Of a stretch of DNA of 64,000 nucleotides, positions 1 through 12,784 are shown piece by piece; the first letter of the stretch is position 1, and the number at the start of each line of letters is the position of its first letter. A program made the translations under genes and the position numbers. Source of the DNA: Octopus sinensis (lineage: Eukaryota). The notes beneath the pieces were generated by a model, which saw only the letters and a list, made by a program, of their open reading frames with translations, searched no databases and had not been told where the DNA came from. The stretch is from the NCBI RefSeq assembly GCF_006345805.1, contig NC_043000.1, positions 80,104,001 to 80,168,000 of the forward strand, written 5' to 3'.

Positions 1-199
1 TTTTATATGCAAAATCTCCTGAAGATTTCATGTTTTTGGCACCACATGTACAAATCACTCACAAGGAAATGAAAAAGATCTTGTTGAATAAATGACTGTT
101 CCTTTTTAATCATACAACACTCTTTTAAGATACAACAAACTCTGCAGGGAATAAAATATTTTATCCTGTTGGTAATTCCTCATTATATAGTATGGAAGT

Positions 200-560
200 C
201 TTTCAAAGAATTCACCAATTCTTTTTTTTTTGTCTTCAAAATTACAAAAGGTCGTTTAATGCTATACTTCTCCAAGAGATAGAAATTTCATTTTCTGGAA
301 TCATTAACATAAGGTGATACAAGTTTTTTAATGGACCAATCGATTTCCTAATTGTTCATACAATTATTGCTTAAATTCCAGATACACTTGGTCAGTAAAG
401 TAGTAATGTATTTTTGTGAATGCTTGAATATATACATATGTTGTGAGTATCTTTTGTAAAATAGATTTCCTCTAAGCCTTGCATAGCTTTTTGTTTCACT
501 GACATTAGATCATGTATTGTTACAGAGAATTAAGATTTGTAAATTAATAGGATTATACAT
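200..560 (-). mobile_element. Degenerate PLE GIY-YIG endonuclease fragment
   Basis: Minus-strand translation YARLRGNLFYKRYSQH...TKCIWNL...EIDWSI resembles the PLE EN pattern FKxRYxxH...LSKxIWxL...IxWSI; contains stops. Confidence 0.5.
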
Positions 561-964
561 CTTAAACTTACTGCAGGAGAGATTCTACTTCATCAAGTTT
601 GATCTTTACTTTGATAATAAACTATTCTTTTTGGGAAGAATGAAAGACCCTATATTGAAGAAGTTATTCAATGTATTCAGAGATTTGGATTTAATGACTT
701 CAGTAGTTAAGATTCTAAACATAATTAATTACATAAATGTGACTCCAGATTTAGGTACTGCACTATAGAAATTACAGTACATTAATATAAATTTCAACTA
801 TCCCCAATAATTCTAGCATTCTAAGTTAATAGCATTAATAAGCATAAATATAGCTTATCTGATGAGAAATCCTTTAACTACACTGCTTGATGTTACAATG
901 ATGCATTAAAAACATTGGTTTTAAAGATAGAATACAATGCGGCATACAGAACAACACTAGTATT

Positions 965-1606
965 CATGAACGAGGACAGCAGTGTAAAGAAGTGCCAATC
1001 TCTAACTGTGGAGGAAACCTGTGGGAAAGGTATACCCAGGAAGACATGAGATGAGGTAGTGAAGCATGATCTTCAAGCTTTGAGCCTCACAGAGGCAATG
1101 ATTAGTTACCAAGACTTTTGGCGATATGCTATGCTTGAGAGAACCCATCAAGCCAATTGAAATCATAGTTGTGACTGAGTTCCTTTTGAGCATTGGGCTG
1201 CACAGAGGCAAAGTGGTTGAGTTCCTCTCAAGAGCTGGGCCTCACGGAGGCAAAGTGGCTGAGTTCCTTTCGTGTGTTGAGCCTCATGGAGGCAAAGTGG
1301 CTGAGTTCTTTTCAAGTGTTGGGCCACACGGAGGCAATGACTGAGACCTTTGGGATTATGTCATGCTTGAGAAGACCCATCAAGCCAAACAAAATCATGG
1401 CAGATACCGGTGGCACCTAAAAGCACCCATTACACTCTGGGAGGAGCTGGCATTAGGAAGGGCATCCAACCATAGAAAAAACCATGCTGAATCAGACTGG
1501 AATCTGGTGCAGCTTTCCAGTGTGCCAGCCCTGGTCAAACCGTCCAGCCCATACCAGCATGGACAATGGTTGTTAAATGATGATGATGATGATGATGATG
1601 ACGATT
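965..1606 (+). mobile_element. 3' end of RTE LINE with internal 42-bp tandem array and (GAT)n tail
   Basis: Matches the 3' end of the RTE at 59.9-60.6 kb (gaggacagc...actgtggagg...catgatcttc), then attaggaagggcatcc...ccagcatgg...gttaaatgatgatgat. Confidence 0.8.
1171..1340 (+). repeat. 42-bp tandem repeat, ~4 copies
   Basis: Unit ggaggcaaagtggctgagttcct..caagtgttgggcctcac, visible as 14-aa periodicity in ORF 1126-1344. Confidence 0.8.
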
Positions 1607-2019
1607 ATTGGTGATCATGTTATGCCAACATCAGGTAGAATCTTAGCTGACCTGATTTAGACACTCTTCCCTGTTATGTCTGTGGAATCATGAGGTGAGG
1701 ATAGCAGCCCCACAATGCCTAGGACTCACTGGGTGTTATGGTATGGTAGGTAGGAGGGCAGTGGTGGTATTTGTGTTGTTGTTGATGGTGGTGGAGTTGG
1801 TGGTGGTGGTTGTGGTGGTAAGGTGGTGGTTTACCTGATTCTGACACAGAAGTCACGCTAGTGGCCACATTTGGGATGTCATTGTGGGTGAGGAAAATTT
1901 TGTTCAACAGCATATTTCTTTGATTTATCTAGTTCAATATGTGTATATCCATGGATCTTCTGTGAAAGTGTTATATTTCCCTTGTGATTTATTTTGTACT
2001 TTGTTGCCCAGTACGAGTC

Positions 2020-2222
2020 TATGTATGTATGTATGTATGTATGTATGTATGTATGTATGTATGTATGTATGTATGTATGTATGTATGTATGTATGTATGT
2101 ATGTATGTATGTATGTATGTATGTATGTATGTATGTATGTATGTATGTATGTATGTATGTATGTATGTATGTATGTATGTATGTATGTATGTATGTATGT
2201 ATGTATGTATGTATGTATGTAT
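2020..2222. repeat. (TATG)n microsatellite, ~50 perfect units
   Basis: Read directly from the sequence. Confidence 0.98.
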
Positions 2223-2224
2223 AC

Positions 2225-2260
<36 letters not shown>

Positions 2261-3054
2261 TGAGAAAGAGAGACAAAGAAATTGATATACTTGATATACA
2301 TATATAATAATATCACAAACCAAATTCTTCACTTTGAAATTCACTATTAGAATGTCAGCCATAATGTCACCCACGTTTGCAGATAAATTTCATTTTTCCT
2401 CTTTCATATATGAATTATTGCTTCTACCATTAATTTATGATCACATACCTCTATGTATATACCTCTGTATACATGCTGCTATTTGTATGCTTCTATACAT
2501 GCCATGGTATATATATTCCTTTATGTACCAGTCACTCTGTATGGATCTGTGTATGTGCATATGCATACATCCCAATAAGTGTGATTGCATGTGTGGGAGG
2601 TTTAAATTATGAATATATTTCTTTAGGTTTAGAAAACACATCTTTTGCCAATAAAACGTTTGCTGCTGTTGTGTTTGTTGTTTAACTCCAGGTTAGTGAT
2701 CCACAATCCAGTTGAACTATGATCATAGGCATTCTAGTATTTGTATATTGCTCTATTATCACTTTGTAAGAGCAATAGAGATTGTGAGGCCTTGCAATTG
2801 TAATGATTTTGAAGTTTGTGTTTGTATTACTGATGATTAGTGAATGTGGTACAAAATTGTCTTCTTGATATGTGTTTATGTATATATATATTTTTGTACT
2901 GTTGAAAAGATCAAATAATCATGGTCCTATTGATGTTGTTAAGGTTATTCTTCAAGGAATATTGTTAGTATTTAAATTGTGTGTGAATGTTATCTGAGTG
3001 TTGAAGGTTTGGAGAGTATGATGTGTGATATTATTTGTATTATTTTTGTGAAGG

Positions 3055-3345
3055 TACATAGCTTAGTGGTAAGAATATTCAACTCACAATCATAAGGTCA
3101 TGAATTCAATTCCTGATAGCATATTGTTCCTTGAGCAAGACACTTTATCTCACATTGCTCCGGTCCTCTCAGCTGGCAAAAGTAAGTTGTACCTGTGATT
3201 CAAAAGACCAGCCTTGTCACATGCTGTGTCACACTGAATCTCTTTGAGAACTACATTAAGGGTACATGTGTCTGTGGAATGCACAGCTACTTGAACATTA
3301 GTTTTATGAGTAGGCTGTTCTGTGATTGAATCATAACCAATGGAG
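3055..3345 (+). mobile_element. tRNA-derived SINE (family B)
   Basis: A-box-like agcttagtggtaag, B-box-like aattcaattcc, central ccttgagcaagacacttta; related copy at 25420-25680 (-). Confidence 0.65.
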
Positions 3346-3926
3346 TATTTGCATGGGTGTATATGTTACTCGATGGAACAGCAGATGTTCAAATGAAAGG
3401 TAACAATACCAAACATTATAGTACATAGGAGAAGATACAATGAGGAATCACAGAAAGACTCACTAGCACACCACAATGACATAGTCTGGCAAGATCTGAT
3501 AAAGAAAAAAATGAGTGATTTAATGTAGAATATAAGTGAGAAACTCTTCTGGAAGGTTGCTTTGATAGCATTAAGGGTACTAATCACTTTGTCTCTTGAG
3601 AATAAGAGCCTTTTAGTGAAGAACATAGGAGATGGAGTCTTTGGTAAATTTGGCTCTATGGAGGTTATGATGGAAATAAGAAAGGAAGTTATCAATAGTG
3701 GTACACATCATCGTTTAGATCAATTTCCATTTTTTTCAGTTGTTATTTCAGGGGATGGTTTATATCAGTCATACTTCCAAAGGGACAGATTCTTGGAGAG
3801 AAAGCTGGAGAGAGACGTGGGAGAGAGTAATAGAGATTGATGAGTTTGATTAGGATAAGAGTATATATATATATATATCAATAATAAATCTCTGAACGAG
3901 ATGTAAACAGTAACTGCACAACAATG

Positions 3927-4001
3927 TAAAGTATACTAGCCATCTCAATATGGCTAACCGCCCTTAGTGGTTAGCCATATTGAGATGGCTAGTATACTTT
4001 A
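3927..4001. repeat. Perfect 33-bp inverted repeat, 9-nt loop
   Basis: taaagtatactagccatctcaatatggctaacc / ggttagccatattgagatggctagtatacttta. Confidence 0.95.
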
Positions 4002-4011
4002 TATATATATA

Positions 4012-4053
<42 letters not shown>

Positions 4054-4074
4054 AAGCTATGATAGTAAGTATAA

Positions 4075-4345
4075 GCATGGCTGTGCAGTAAGAAGTTTGC
4101 TTCTCAATTATGTGGTTTTGTGTTCAGTCCCACTATCCCACTATATGGCATCTTGGGCAAGTGGGATCTACTATAGCCTTGGACCAACCAAAGCCTTGTG
4201 ATTCATTGAGACTGAAAGAAGTCTATCATATATATGTATAAGGGTGTCTTTGTGTTTGTGTCTGTCCCACCACTACTTGACAACTGGTGCTGGTTTGTTT
4301 AATTGTTGAGATTTGGGAAAGGGATTGATAGAATAAGTTCCAAGC
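4075..4345 (+). mobile_element. tRNA-derived SINE (family A)
   Basis: ggctgtgcagtaagaagtttgcttc...gttcagtccca...cttgggcaagt...ccaaagccttgtga; several similar copies in the window. Confidence 0.75.
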
Positions 4346-4862
4346 TTTACTCTTTTACTCTTTTACTTGTTTCAGTCATTTAACTGCAGCCATGCTGGAG
4401 CACCACCTTTAGTCGAGCAAATCGACCCAGGACTTATTCCTTGTAAGCCTAGTTCTTATTCTATCGGTCCCTTTTGCCAAACCATTAAGTTACGCAGATG
4501 TAAACACACTAGCATCGGTTGTCAAGTGATGTGTGTGTGTGTGTGGGGGGGGGGACAAACATACATATATATATATAAAATAAGAATAAAAATAAAAATA
4601 AAAATAAATATAAAAATAAAATTAAAATAAGGGAAGAAATGTGTGTCTATGTGTGTGCATGTATATGCATATGTATGTGTATGTATATATGTATGTATAT
4701 ACATATATATATATATATATATTACGGAGATGTACTCGCATAGCAAGTAATTTGATCTGAGATCGTGTGCTGAAACGAAAACAATTGCAGCGTGGAAGGT
4801 GTTTATAAGCCATTTAAGAAACACACAAAAGCCGTTCGATTCACTTCAACATTTAAGTTTAA

Positions 4863-4912
4863 TTTGTCAAAATATTTTCGTCGCTAAAATCCGCGACCTG
4901 TTCACTGACAAA
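4863..4912 (-). ncRNA. Type I hammerhead ribozyme, G3-C8 core variant
   Basis: Minus strand: TTTGTCA-GTGAACA-G-GTCGC(ggatttta)GCGAC-GAAA-ATAT-TT-TGACAAA. 7-bp stem I, 5-bp stem II, palindromic AATATT stem III. Confidence 0.6.
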
Positions 4913-5343
4913 GTCCGTGCTGCATCTTAGAAAGTAACAGTTAGTTCGTCATATATATGTACGTATGTATGTGTGTATGTATGCATACATGTGTGTATGT
5001 ATGTACGTATGCATGTACGTACATACGCCTGTGTATGCATGTATGTATGTATGTATGTATGTATGTATGTATGTATGTATGTATGTATGTATGTATGTAT
5101 GTGTGTGTATATCCACGCACATACACTCTATAAAACATAAAGCTATAAACCTGTAGCGATGGATGGATGTAGAGTGACCACTCATCACAAAGCTATCAAA
5201 TTTCAACTTCCTACAGCCCGAAGCTAGAAAATGATTTACGACGCTTACTCCCAAAACTATACCCTAAAATCTATTATCAGATCTTTATCTCTATATCACA
5301 GAACTATTGTTTTACTATTGTGCGTATGTATGTATGTATGTGC

Positions 5344-5374
<31 letters not shown>

Positions 5375-5946
5375 TGTATGTATGTATGTATGTATGTATG
5401 TATGTATGTATGTATGTATGTATGTGTGTATGTATGTGTGTATGTACATACGTACGCATGTGCGTATGTATGTATATGCGCTCGTATGCATGTGCCCATG
5501 TATGTGTGTGCGTACATGTACGTGCGTATGTACGTGTGTATGCCCATACGTAGGTATGTATGTATGTTTGTATTCATGTGCTACGTATGTATGTGAGTGT
5601 CTAGGAGAATGGGCAGACGTGTCAGTGTGTACATGTGTATGTGTATGTGAACGTATGTCCGTGTACTGGCATGTGTCCGTCCAAGTTGTGTACATGACTG
5701 TTACATTGCTGAAGGTTGTATACATATTCACACATATGTTTGTATAGACGCACACACACATATATATATGTGTGGGTGTGTGTTTGTTCCTCTCATCATC
5801 GTCTAACCGTGAATGGATACAACGCCTAAGTGCAACTGTACGTATCAAACAACGTCCGCTCATACCGTTGTATATAACTGCACATACGCATTGCAACCCG
5901 TATGTAAGGACTACAAGTAAAAGGGGAGAGAGAGAGAGAGGGGTGG

Positions 5947-6345
5947 TTATAGAATAGTCCTTCTGAATGGGATCTGGATGTTACTCCATTCGGACTTTCG
6001 GTTGAGAGTAGGTTTGTATTCTTGTATACAAACAGCTTCTGTGACCTGTCTCAACATTGCATCAGTGGGATGTGTTGATAGGATGTTCAACTTAAGCTTC
6101 CCTAAGGATCCCTTGTGGCAGTCTACAGTATGTTGGTAGAAGATGGAGTTTGGCTTCCTTTCAATGTAGTTGTCCAGGTGTTCTTTGAACCTATCATTGA
6201 TGCTTCTAGAAGTCTCACCTATGTATGACTCTGGGTTAGTCGCGCAAGCTCCCTCCTGGCACTTAATCTGGTATACAGTGCCCTTGGTTTTACAATTTAC
6301 ATGTGGATTTGTCGAACATACTGCACAATTACTTTGACAGTGATT
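5947..6345 (-). mobile_element. PLE C-terminal GIY-YIG endonuclease fragment, 133 open codons
   Basis: HCQSNCAVC...NCKTKGTVYQIKC...SYIGETSRSINDRFKEH...H...H...MLRQVTEAVCI...LNRKSEW...*; no internal stop; 5'-truncated at (TA)n. Absent from the ORF track because it lacks an early Met. Confidence 0.85.
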
Positions 6346-6349
6346 CTAC

Positions 6350-6400
6350 ACAATTATATATATATATATATGATGTATAATATATATCTATATAATATAT

Positions 6401-6449
<49 letters not shown>

Positions 6450-6488
6450 AAGTGTGTGTATGAATGTGTGTATATATAGATATATATA

Positions 6489-6521
<33 letters not shown>

Positions 6522-6709
6522 GATATGTGAGCGTGTGTGTATGGGGGTGTATATCCTCTTTTATATTTGTTTTTATATTTATTTATTTTTATATATATGT
6601 GTGTAGATATGTGTGTATGTATGAGTATGGGTATGGGTGTGTACGTAGATGTATGTAAATGGGGGCATATGTACATGTGTATATGGAAGTACGTGTGTAT
6701 GTGTATGTA

Positions 6710-6745
<36 letters not shown>

Positions 6746-6755
6746 GATGTGTATG

Positions 6756-6792
<37 letters not shown>

Positions 6793-6835
6793 ATAAGTAT
6801 GTGTATGTGTATATGTATATATATATATATATAAT
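6350..6835. repeat. Compound (TA)n/(TG)n microsatellite
   Basis: Read directly from the sequence. Confidence 0.95.
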
Positions 6836-6924
6836 TTTAATCCAAACGGGAAACAAAAAAACAACAACAATGGAACAATTACAGTATTATTATTAATAGG
6901 CGCTCAGGAAAAGGAAGCAGGGAG

Positions 6925-6963
6925 GTATGACGTTTCGAGCGGAGCTCTCTTCGTCGGAAACAT
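6925..6963 (-). ncRNA. Minimal hammerhead-like motif (U4C core), likely the PLE pLTR
   Basis: CCGACGA-A-GAG...CTC-GAAAC-GTC with ACGT palindrome; stem I weak. Lies downstream of the Neptune-type ORF on the same strand. Confidence 0.5.
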
Positions 6964-7339
6964 AAAGAAGGAAGAGAGAGAAAGAAAGATCCCAGAGCGG
7001 GCAACAGGGAAAGAGAAAAAGACGACTGGTGTTTACGAGTTGCACATGGTGAAAGGCGGATGTTTACGAAAACAGAGCAAAGTGGGTTTTAAAGGCAAAA
7101 GAGTGGAGACAAGGTTGGTAACGCAACAGATGTGTGTGTATGTGTGAGTGTGTGCGTGTGCGTGTGTGTATGTGTGTGTGTGAGGCGAGATGAAAAAACA
7201 AAAAATATATATGTGTGGTGTTAGTGTGCGCGTCTGTGTGTAGGCGTGTGAGGTAGGGCGAGATAGTGGTCAGCTTAGCAGACAAAGGTCAGTAGTAAGA
7301 AAAAGAAGGAAGGAGGGGAGGGAGGGGAAGGGGTGGGGG

Positions 7340-9830
7340 CGTATGTAGCGTGCCAGCGTGTGTTGAGTAGTAGTGTGTGTGTGTGTCCAGTGTCGTGGTG
7401 GTATAAATGGCGAGTAGATTGAATGTGTGTAAGAGTAATGTATATATTTAGCAATGTGTGTATATGTGTGCGCGTGTGTGTAACGAAAAAGGGGGGGGTA
7501 AGGAAAAGGACTCCAGCTGAGGGGAAGATGGAAGAGTGGTCCCGCGGAGGCGGGCGTGGGAAAACCCAACGACACGCGACGGTCCCAGGAACGGGCGGGA
7601 GGTCTTGTCGGTTCCAAGAGCGAGGTGCCTGCGGAGCGTATGCGTACGCGAACCGGCGCAAGCGCGTGCGTGCGCGAGCCTGCGAGTATGTGCGTAAGTA
7701 TGTATGTGTGTGGATGTGTGAGTGTGTCTGTGTGTATGTCCGGGTGGCAGTGTGTCCGATGAATGTATGTGAGTATGTGTGTATGTATGTGTGTGCATAG
7801 ATGTATGTCCGTGTGTGTGTGTGTGTGTGTATGTGTGTGAGTGTGTATGTATGTACGTGTGGGTGTGGGGAAGTGTGTGTATGTGCATATGTGTGCGCGT
7901 ACATACAGGTGTGTGAGTGAGTGTGTGTGTGTGTATGTATGTGTGAGTGTGTTGTATGTGTGTGTAGGATGCATGTATGGTATGGGTGTATGTATGCGTG
8001 TTGTATGTATGTGTACGTGCGTGTGTGTGTGTGTATGCGTGTAGGTGTGCGCGTGTGCATGCATGCATGCATGCATGTGCGTATGTGTGTGTGTGTGTGC
8101 ATGTGTGTGGGTATATATGTATGTGCGTATATGTGTGTGTGCGTACATGTGTGTGTGTGTGTATGCATGTGTGTGTATGTAGGTGTGTAGGCGTGTGTGT
8201 ATAGGTGTATGTATGTAAGTATGTACGGGTGTGTCCGTGTGTGTGTGTATGTATGTGTGTGTATGTAGGTGGTGTGGGCGTGTGTATATGTGTGTGTATG
8301 TAGGTTTGTGGGCGTGTGTATATAGTGTGTTGTGTGTGGTCTGGGTGTGTCCGTGCATGTTTGTGTGTGTGTGTGTGTATGCATGTGTATGTAGGTGTGT
8401 GTGTACGTGTGTAATGTATGTGTGTATGCGTGTGTATGCGTGCGTGTGTGTATGTAGGTGCGTGTGTATGTGTGTGGGAGTGTAGGTGTGTGTGTGCGTG
8501 TGCGTGTGCGTGTTTATGTTGGTGTGTGCGTATGTGAGTGTGAGTGTATGGGTGTTTGTCATGCATGTGTGTGCGCGTGCAGGTGAGTGTGTGTAAGTAT
8601 GTGTGTGTGTATGTTTGTGTGAGTGTGTATGTGTGTATGTCTGTGTGTATGTATGTGCGTATAGGAGTATGTGGGTATGTGTGTGTGTATGTATATGGGT
8701 GTATGTATGTATGTGTGTGTGTGTGCATGTGTATAAGTATATGTGTGTGTGCGTATGTGTGTATATGTGTATGTGTGTGTGTTTATGTATGTGTGTATGT
8801 GTGTGTAGGCGTGTGTGTGTAGATGTATGTATGGGTGTGTGTCCGTGTGTGTTTGTGTGTGTGTGTAGGTAGATGTGTGTGTCTGAGTGAGGGTATGGCT
8901 GTGTAGGTGTGTGTGTGTATGAATGTAAGTGTGTGTGTATACAAGTGTAATGTATGTATGTAGGTGTGTGTGTGTGTGTGTATGTGTACGTGTGCGTGTG
9001 TATGTGTGTGTGTGTATGCGTGTGAGTGTGAGTGTATGGGTGTATGTCTGTGTGTGTGTGTATGCAGGTATGTGTGTGTGTGAGTAGGTGTGCGTGTATG
9101 TATGTGGGTAGGGATGCATGCGAGTGTGTGGGTATGTATGCATACATACGCACGCGCACATCCGAAGCAAGCCCACACACACGAAGCGCGCCCACGCACA
9201 CAACGCACAAGCAGTACAACGCAAGCCCAAGGGGCCGACCAAGCCCCCAGCGCGCGCCAAGGCGCGCGAGCGCAAAGACCCTCGAACGCCCCGCTACGCG
9301 GGAACCGAGGATCCATCAGCCAAAACCGGAAAGCAGAAAAGAGGGGGGGCTGCCTGGATGCAAAAAGGTGTATGTGTGTGTGCATTCAGTGTAAGGGTGT
9401 GCATGTGTAGGTATGTATGTATGTATGTGCCTACATGTATGTTTGCATGTGTGTGTGTGTGTGAAGTATGTACGTGCGGTGTGTGTGTGTGAGTGTGTGT
9501 GTATGTATGTGCGTATGTATGTGTGTGTGTATGTGTGTATGTATGTCTGTGTGTGTGTGTGTGTGTAAGTATGTATGTGTGTGCGTATGTATGTATGTGT
9601 GTGTGTATGTGCATGTTGGTTTGTATGTTAGTGTGTGTTAGTATGTCTGTAAGTGTGTGTGATTAAATGTGTGAATGTATGTACGTAGATGGGTCTACGT
9701 ATGTGTGTGTGTGAACAGGCGTGTGGGAGGTAGGTGGGTGGGTGGGTGTGGGAGGTAGGTGGGTGGGTGTGTGCGTGTGGGAGGTAGGTGGGTGGGTGTG
9801 TGTGGGTGGTGTGTCCACAAAAAAAAAAAA
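7340..9830. repeat. 2.5-kb degenerate (GT)n/(TATG)n tract with two CpG-rich islands
   Basis: Read directly from the sequence; islands at about 7480-7690 and 9130-9360. Confidence 0.9.
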
Positions 9831-9834
9831 TGGA

Positions 9835-12490
9835 TCTCAGAGGAGGAGGGGGCTGTGTTAAGTTCGTGTGGGTGTGAGTTTTGTAGGGTGAAGATGTAGC
9901 GTTGCTCCAAGTGGAGCCTGGAAAGTGGGCGACCATGGTGGGGGGCGAGACCAAACACTGAGATGTCATCTAGGGAATGGCCGGCCGAGCGGAAGTGGCG
10001 TGCGACGGGAGAAGGAGAGTGTAAGCGAACGTCCCTCAAGTGTTCAGTGAAACGGTCGGACAACCGGCGTCCCGTCTGTCCTACATACAGCATCCCGCAT
10101 AGGTTGCATTTAATGCAGTAAATAAGGCCAGACGAGGTGCACGTAAAAGAGTGCCTAATGCGTACAGTGTGCAGGTTGGAGCCGGTGACAGCGGTGGTGT
10201 GGTGATGAAGGGGCAAGTGTTGCAACGGGATCTAGAGCAAGGAATGATCCGTGTGGGGCTGAGGGGAAGGAGAGAGGGTGCTGTGGACCAGGAGGTCACG
10301 CAGATTGCGGGCTCGTTTGAAAGAGGACAGGGGTAGGTTAGGGAAAATGGGGCGGGTGGTGGGATCAAGCTGGAGGCGACGGAAGGCACGTAGTATCTTG
10401 CGACGAAGGGGTAGGGTAGAGGGGTGAAAAGGAGGGGGAAGGGGTGCGGTTGGGGGGGTGGGCGGGGGGAAGGAGACAGGGCGGTAGTGCGGTCGATGCG
10501 ACGGGCGCGGGTGAGGGCATCAGAGAGGAGTATGGGTGGGTAACCTCGGAGTCTGAACATGCGGGCCAGTATTGAGATTGGGTCTCGAAATCCTGGTCGC
10601 GGCTGCACAAGCGTCGGAGGCGGAGGAACTGGGAGTAGGGGATGGCTCGTTTGGTGTGGAAGGGGTGGGAGGAAGAGAAGTTGAGATAGAGGTGGGAATC
10701 CGTAGGTTTAAAAAAGGCGGGGGTGGTGAGAGAGCTGGAGGGGTGATCGATGCGGAGAGAGATGTCAAGGAAGTTGACAGAGGTGTTGGAGATGGTGGAG
10801 GTGAATTGAAGAGAGGGGTGAAAGTTGAAAGGAAAGAGATGAATTGGCAGAGAAGTTCACGGGAAGGGAGGTGGCACCTACGCAGTCGTCGATATAGCGA
10901 CCGTATAGTTCGGGGGTCGGCCCAAGAACTGGAGAACACTTGGGCCTCAATGTAGCCAAGAAAGAGATTGGCGAAATTGGGGCCCATCCTAGTTCCCATC
11001 GCGACCCCGGACATCTGTTGGTACGTTTCCCCGGCGAACGTGAAGCAATTGAGGGTGAGGACGAGCTCAGCCAACCGGAGAAGGGTGGGGGTGCTGGGGG
11101 TGGGGTCGGGACGACGGTCGAGGAAGTGTTGGAGGGCTAGGAGACCGTCATTGTGGGGAATCACTGTGTACAGGGATTTTACATCTAAAGTGAAGAGGAG
11201 GTGTGAGGGCTGGAAGGGAAGGAAAAGGAATTGAAGAGACGGAGGGCGTGGTTGGTGTCGTGTATGTGGGATGGGAGGGCTGCGACTAAGGGGGACAGGA
11301 TGCGGTCGAGGTATAGGGAGATGAGTTCAGTGGGGCAATTACAGGCAGAGACTATGGGACGGCCAGGATTAGAGGGTTTATGGATCTTGGGAAGGAAGTA
11401 GATGATGTGCGGACGATGAGGTTGGTGGCGGTGAGGGGGAGAGCGGAGGAGGAGATGAGGTCGTGGATGGTGGAGGACACTCGCTGTTGGTAGGAGGAGG
11501 TGGGATCGGAGGGGAGGAGGCGATAGAAGAGTGGATTTTGAAGCTGGTTGAGCGCTTCCTCCCTGTATAGGTCCGCGCGCCACACTACCACTGCCCCGCC
11601 TTTGTCCGCCGGTTTGATGACAATGTCATCACGACGGCGGAGGTGGCGAAGGGCAATGGATTCGGCCCGAGTGAGGTTGGCTCGGCGGGGTCTTGGTGCA
11701 AAGTTGAAACGGTGGACCAAAGCGTTGCAGTCATGTACAACGAATCTAGGCTACTGAAAAGGCCTGGGGGCGGCGTCCAGATGGATGGACGACGCCCCAG
11801 CTCCAAAAGGCAATCCTGATTGTTGTGACGCTGCGGGGACGCGTGGTAGTATGCGCGAAGTTTGAGGCGGCGCAGGAACAGGTTGACGTCTGCCCGAGTC
11901 TCGAACTCATCACAGTGGCGCGTGAGTGGCGTGAAGCGGAGACCCTTACTGAGGAGGGAGCGCTCAGCGGCGGAGAGGGGGAGGTGGGGGGGTATAGTGA
12001 CAACAGCGCGAGGAAGCGGGGTGGTGGGAGGACTAGGGGCAGGCGGAGGGGTTGCAGGGGTGTGAAGGGGAGGGTAGGGGTGGTTGGGTGAAGCTGGGTT
12101 AGGCGTAGGAAGGTCACGGTGGGGGGTGTGTGGGTCCGTGGAAGGGTGGGGTAGGTGCGAAGGAGGGGGGGAACAGTGGGGGCGGATGGGGAAGGGGGTG
12201 AGGGGTTGAGGAGGAGGTGGAGTTTTTTTGTTTTTTGTGTGTGTGAGGTGGTTGTAGAGTTGGTGGTTGAGATTAAGAATGAAGCGGAGGATAGGTTGGG
12301 TGAAGAGTGGAGGGCAGAGGGCGGAGAGAAGGAGGTAGGCCTGGGAAAGTTGATGGTCGAGGGAGTCAAGGAGGGGGCGGGTGGAGCGGATGGTGGCGCG
12401 GAGGAGGGAGCGGGAGGTACGAGCGAGGGTGGGTTCGATGAAGGGGGAGGAATAGGGGGTAGCGTGGAACTTCAAGAGGAACCCGCGGGG
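9835..12490 (-). mobile_element. Penelope-like retroelement (Neptune-type) RT + GIY-YIG ORF, frameshifted and 5'-truncated
   Basis: Motifs across frames: [103 protein letters not shown]. Confidence 0.93.
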
Positions 12491-12744
12491 TGCCTTATTT
12501 ACCTAAACTCTATTATTCTATTTATTCTTTTATTGACTTTATCACTGATTCCTTTGACCACTCCCCTAAGAATGATAGTTTGCGCCATGCCTACCCCAAA
12601 AAGTCCCCCACCACCACCCCTTTAAACCTGCCTAAATGTATAAATGCCAAAACTATTCTTGTCACCTAGCTTCCTGATGATTTCTTTTGAATGAAACAGT
12701 TCTAGTCCTGTAGAAGTTCCTTCTATAAAATAAATATATATATA

Positions 12745-12783
<39 letters not shown>

Positions 12784-12784
12784 T

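Noticed and set aside
2670-2697. Possible recursive splice site (tttaactccag|gttagt)
   Set aside because: Appears to lie in a repeat with a related reverse copy near 53640-53690; a single motif is not evidence without RNA data.
1879-9492. Long ORFs of HT/YI/MYVC repeats (e.g. 649 aa at 7270-9219)
   Set aside because: They are translations of (CA)n, (TACA)n and (TA)n microsatellites that lack stops; no protein motifs.
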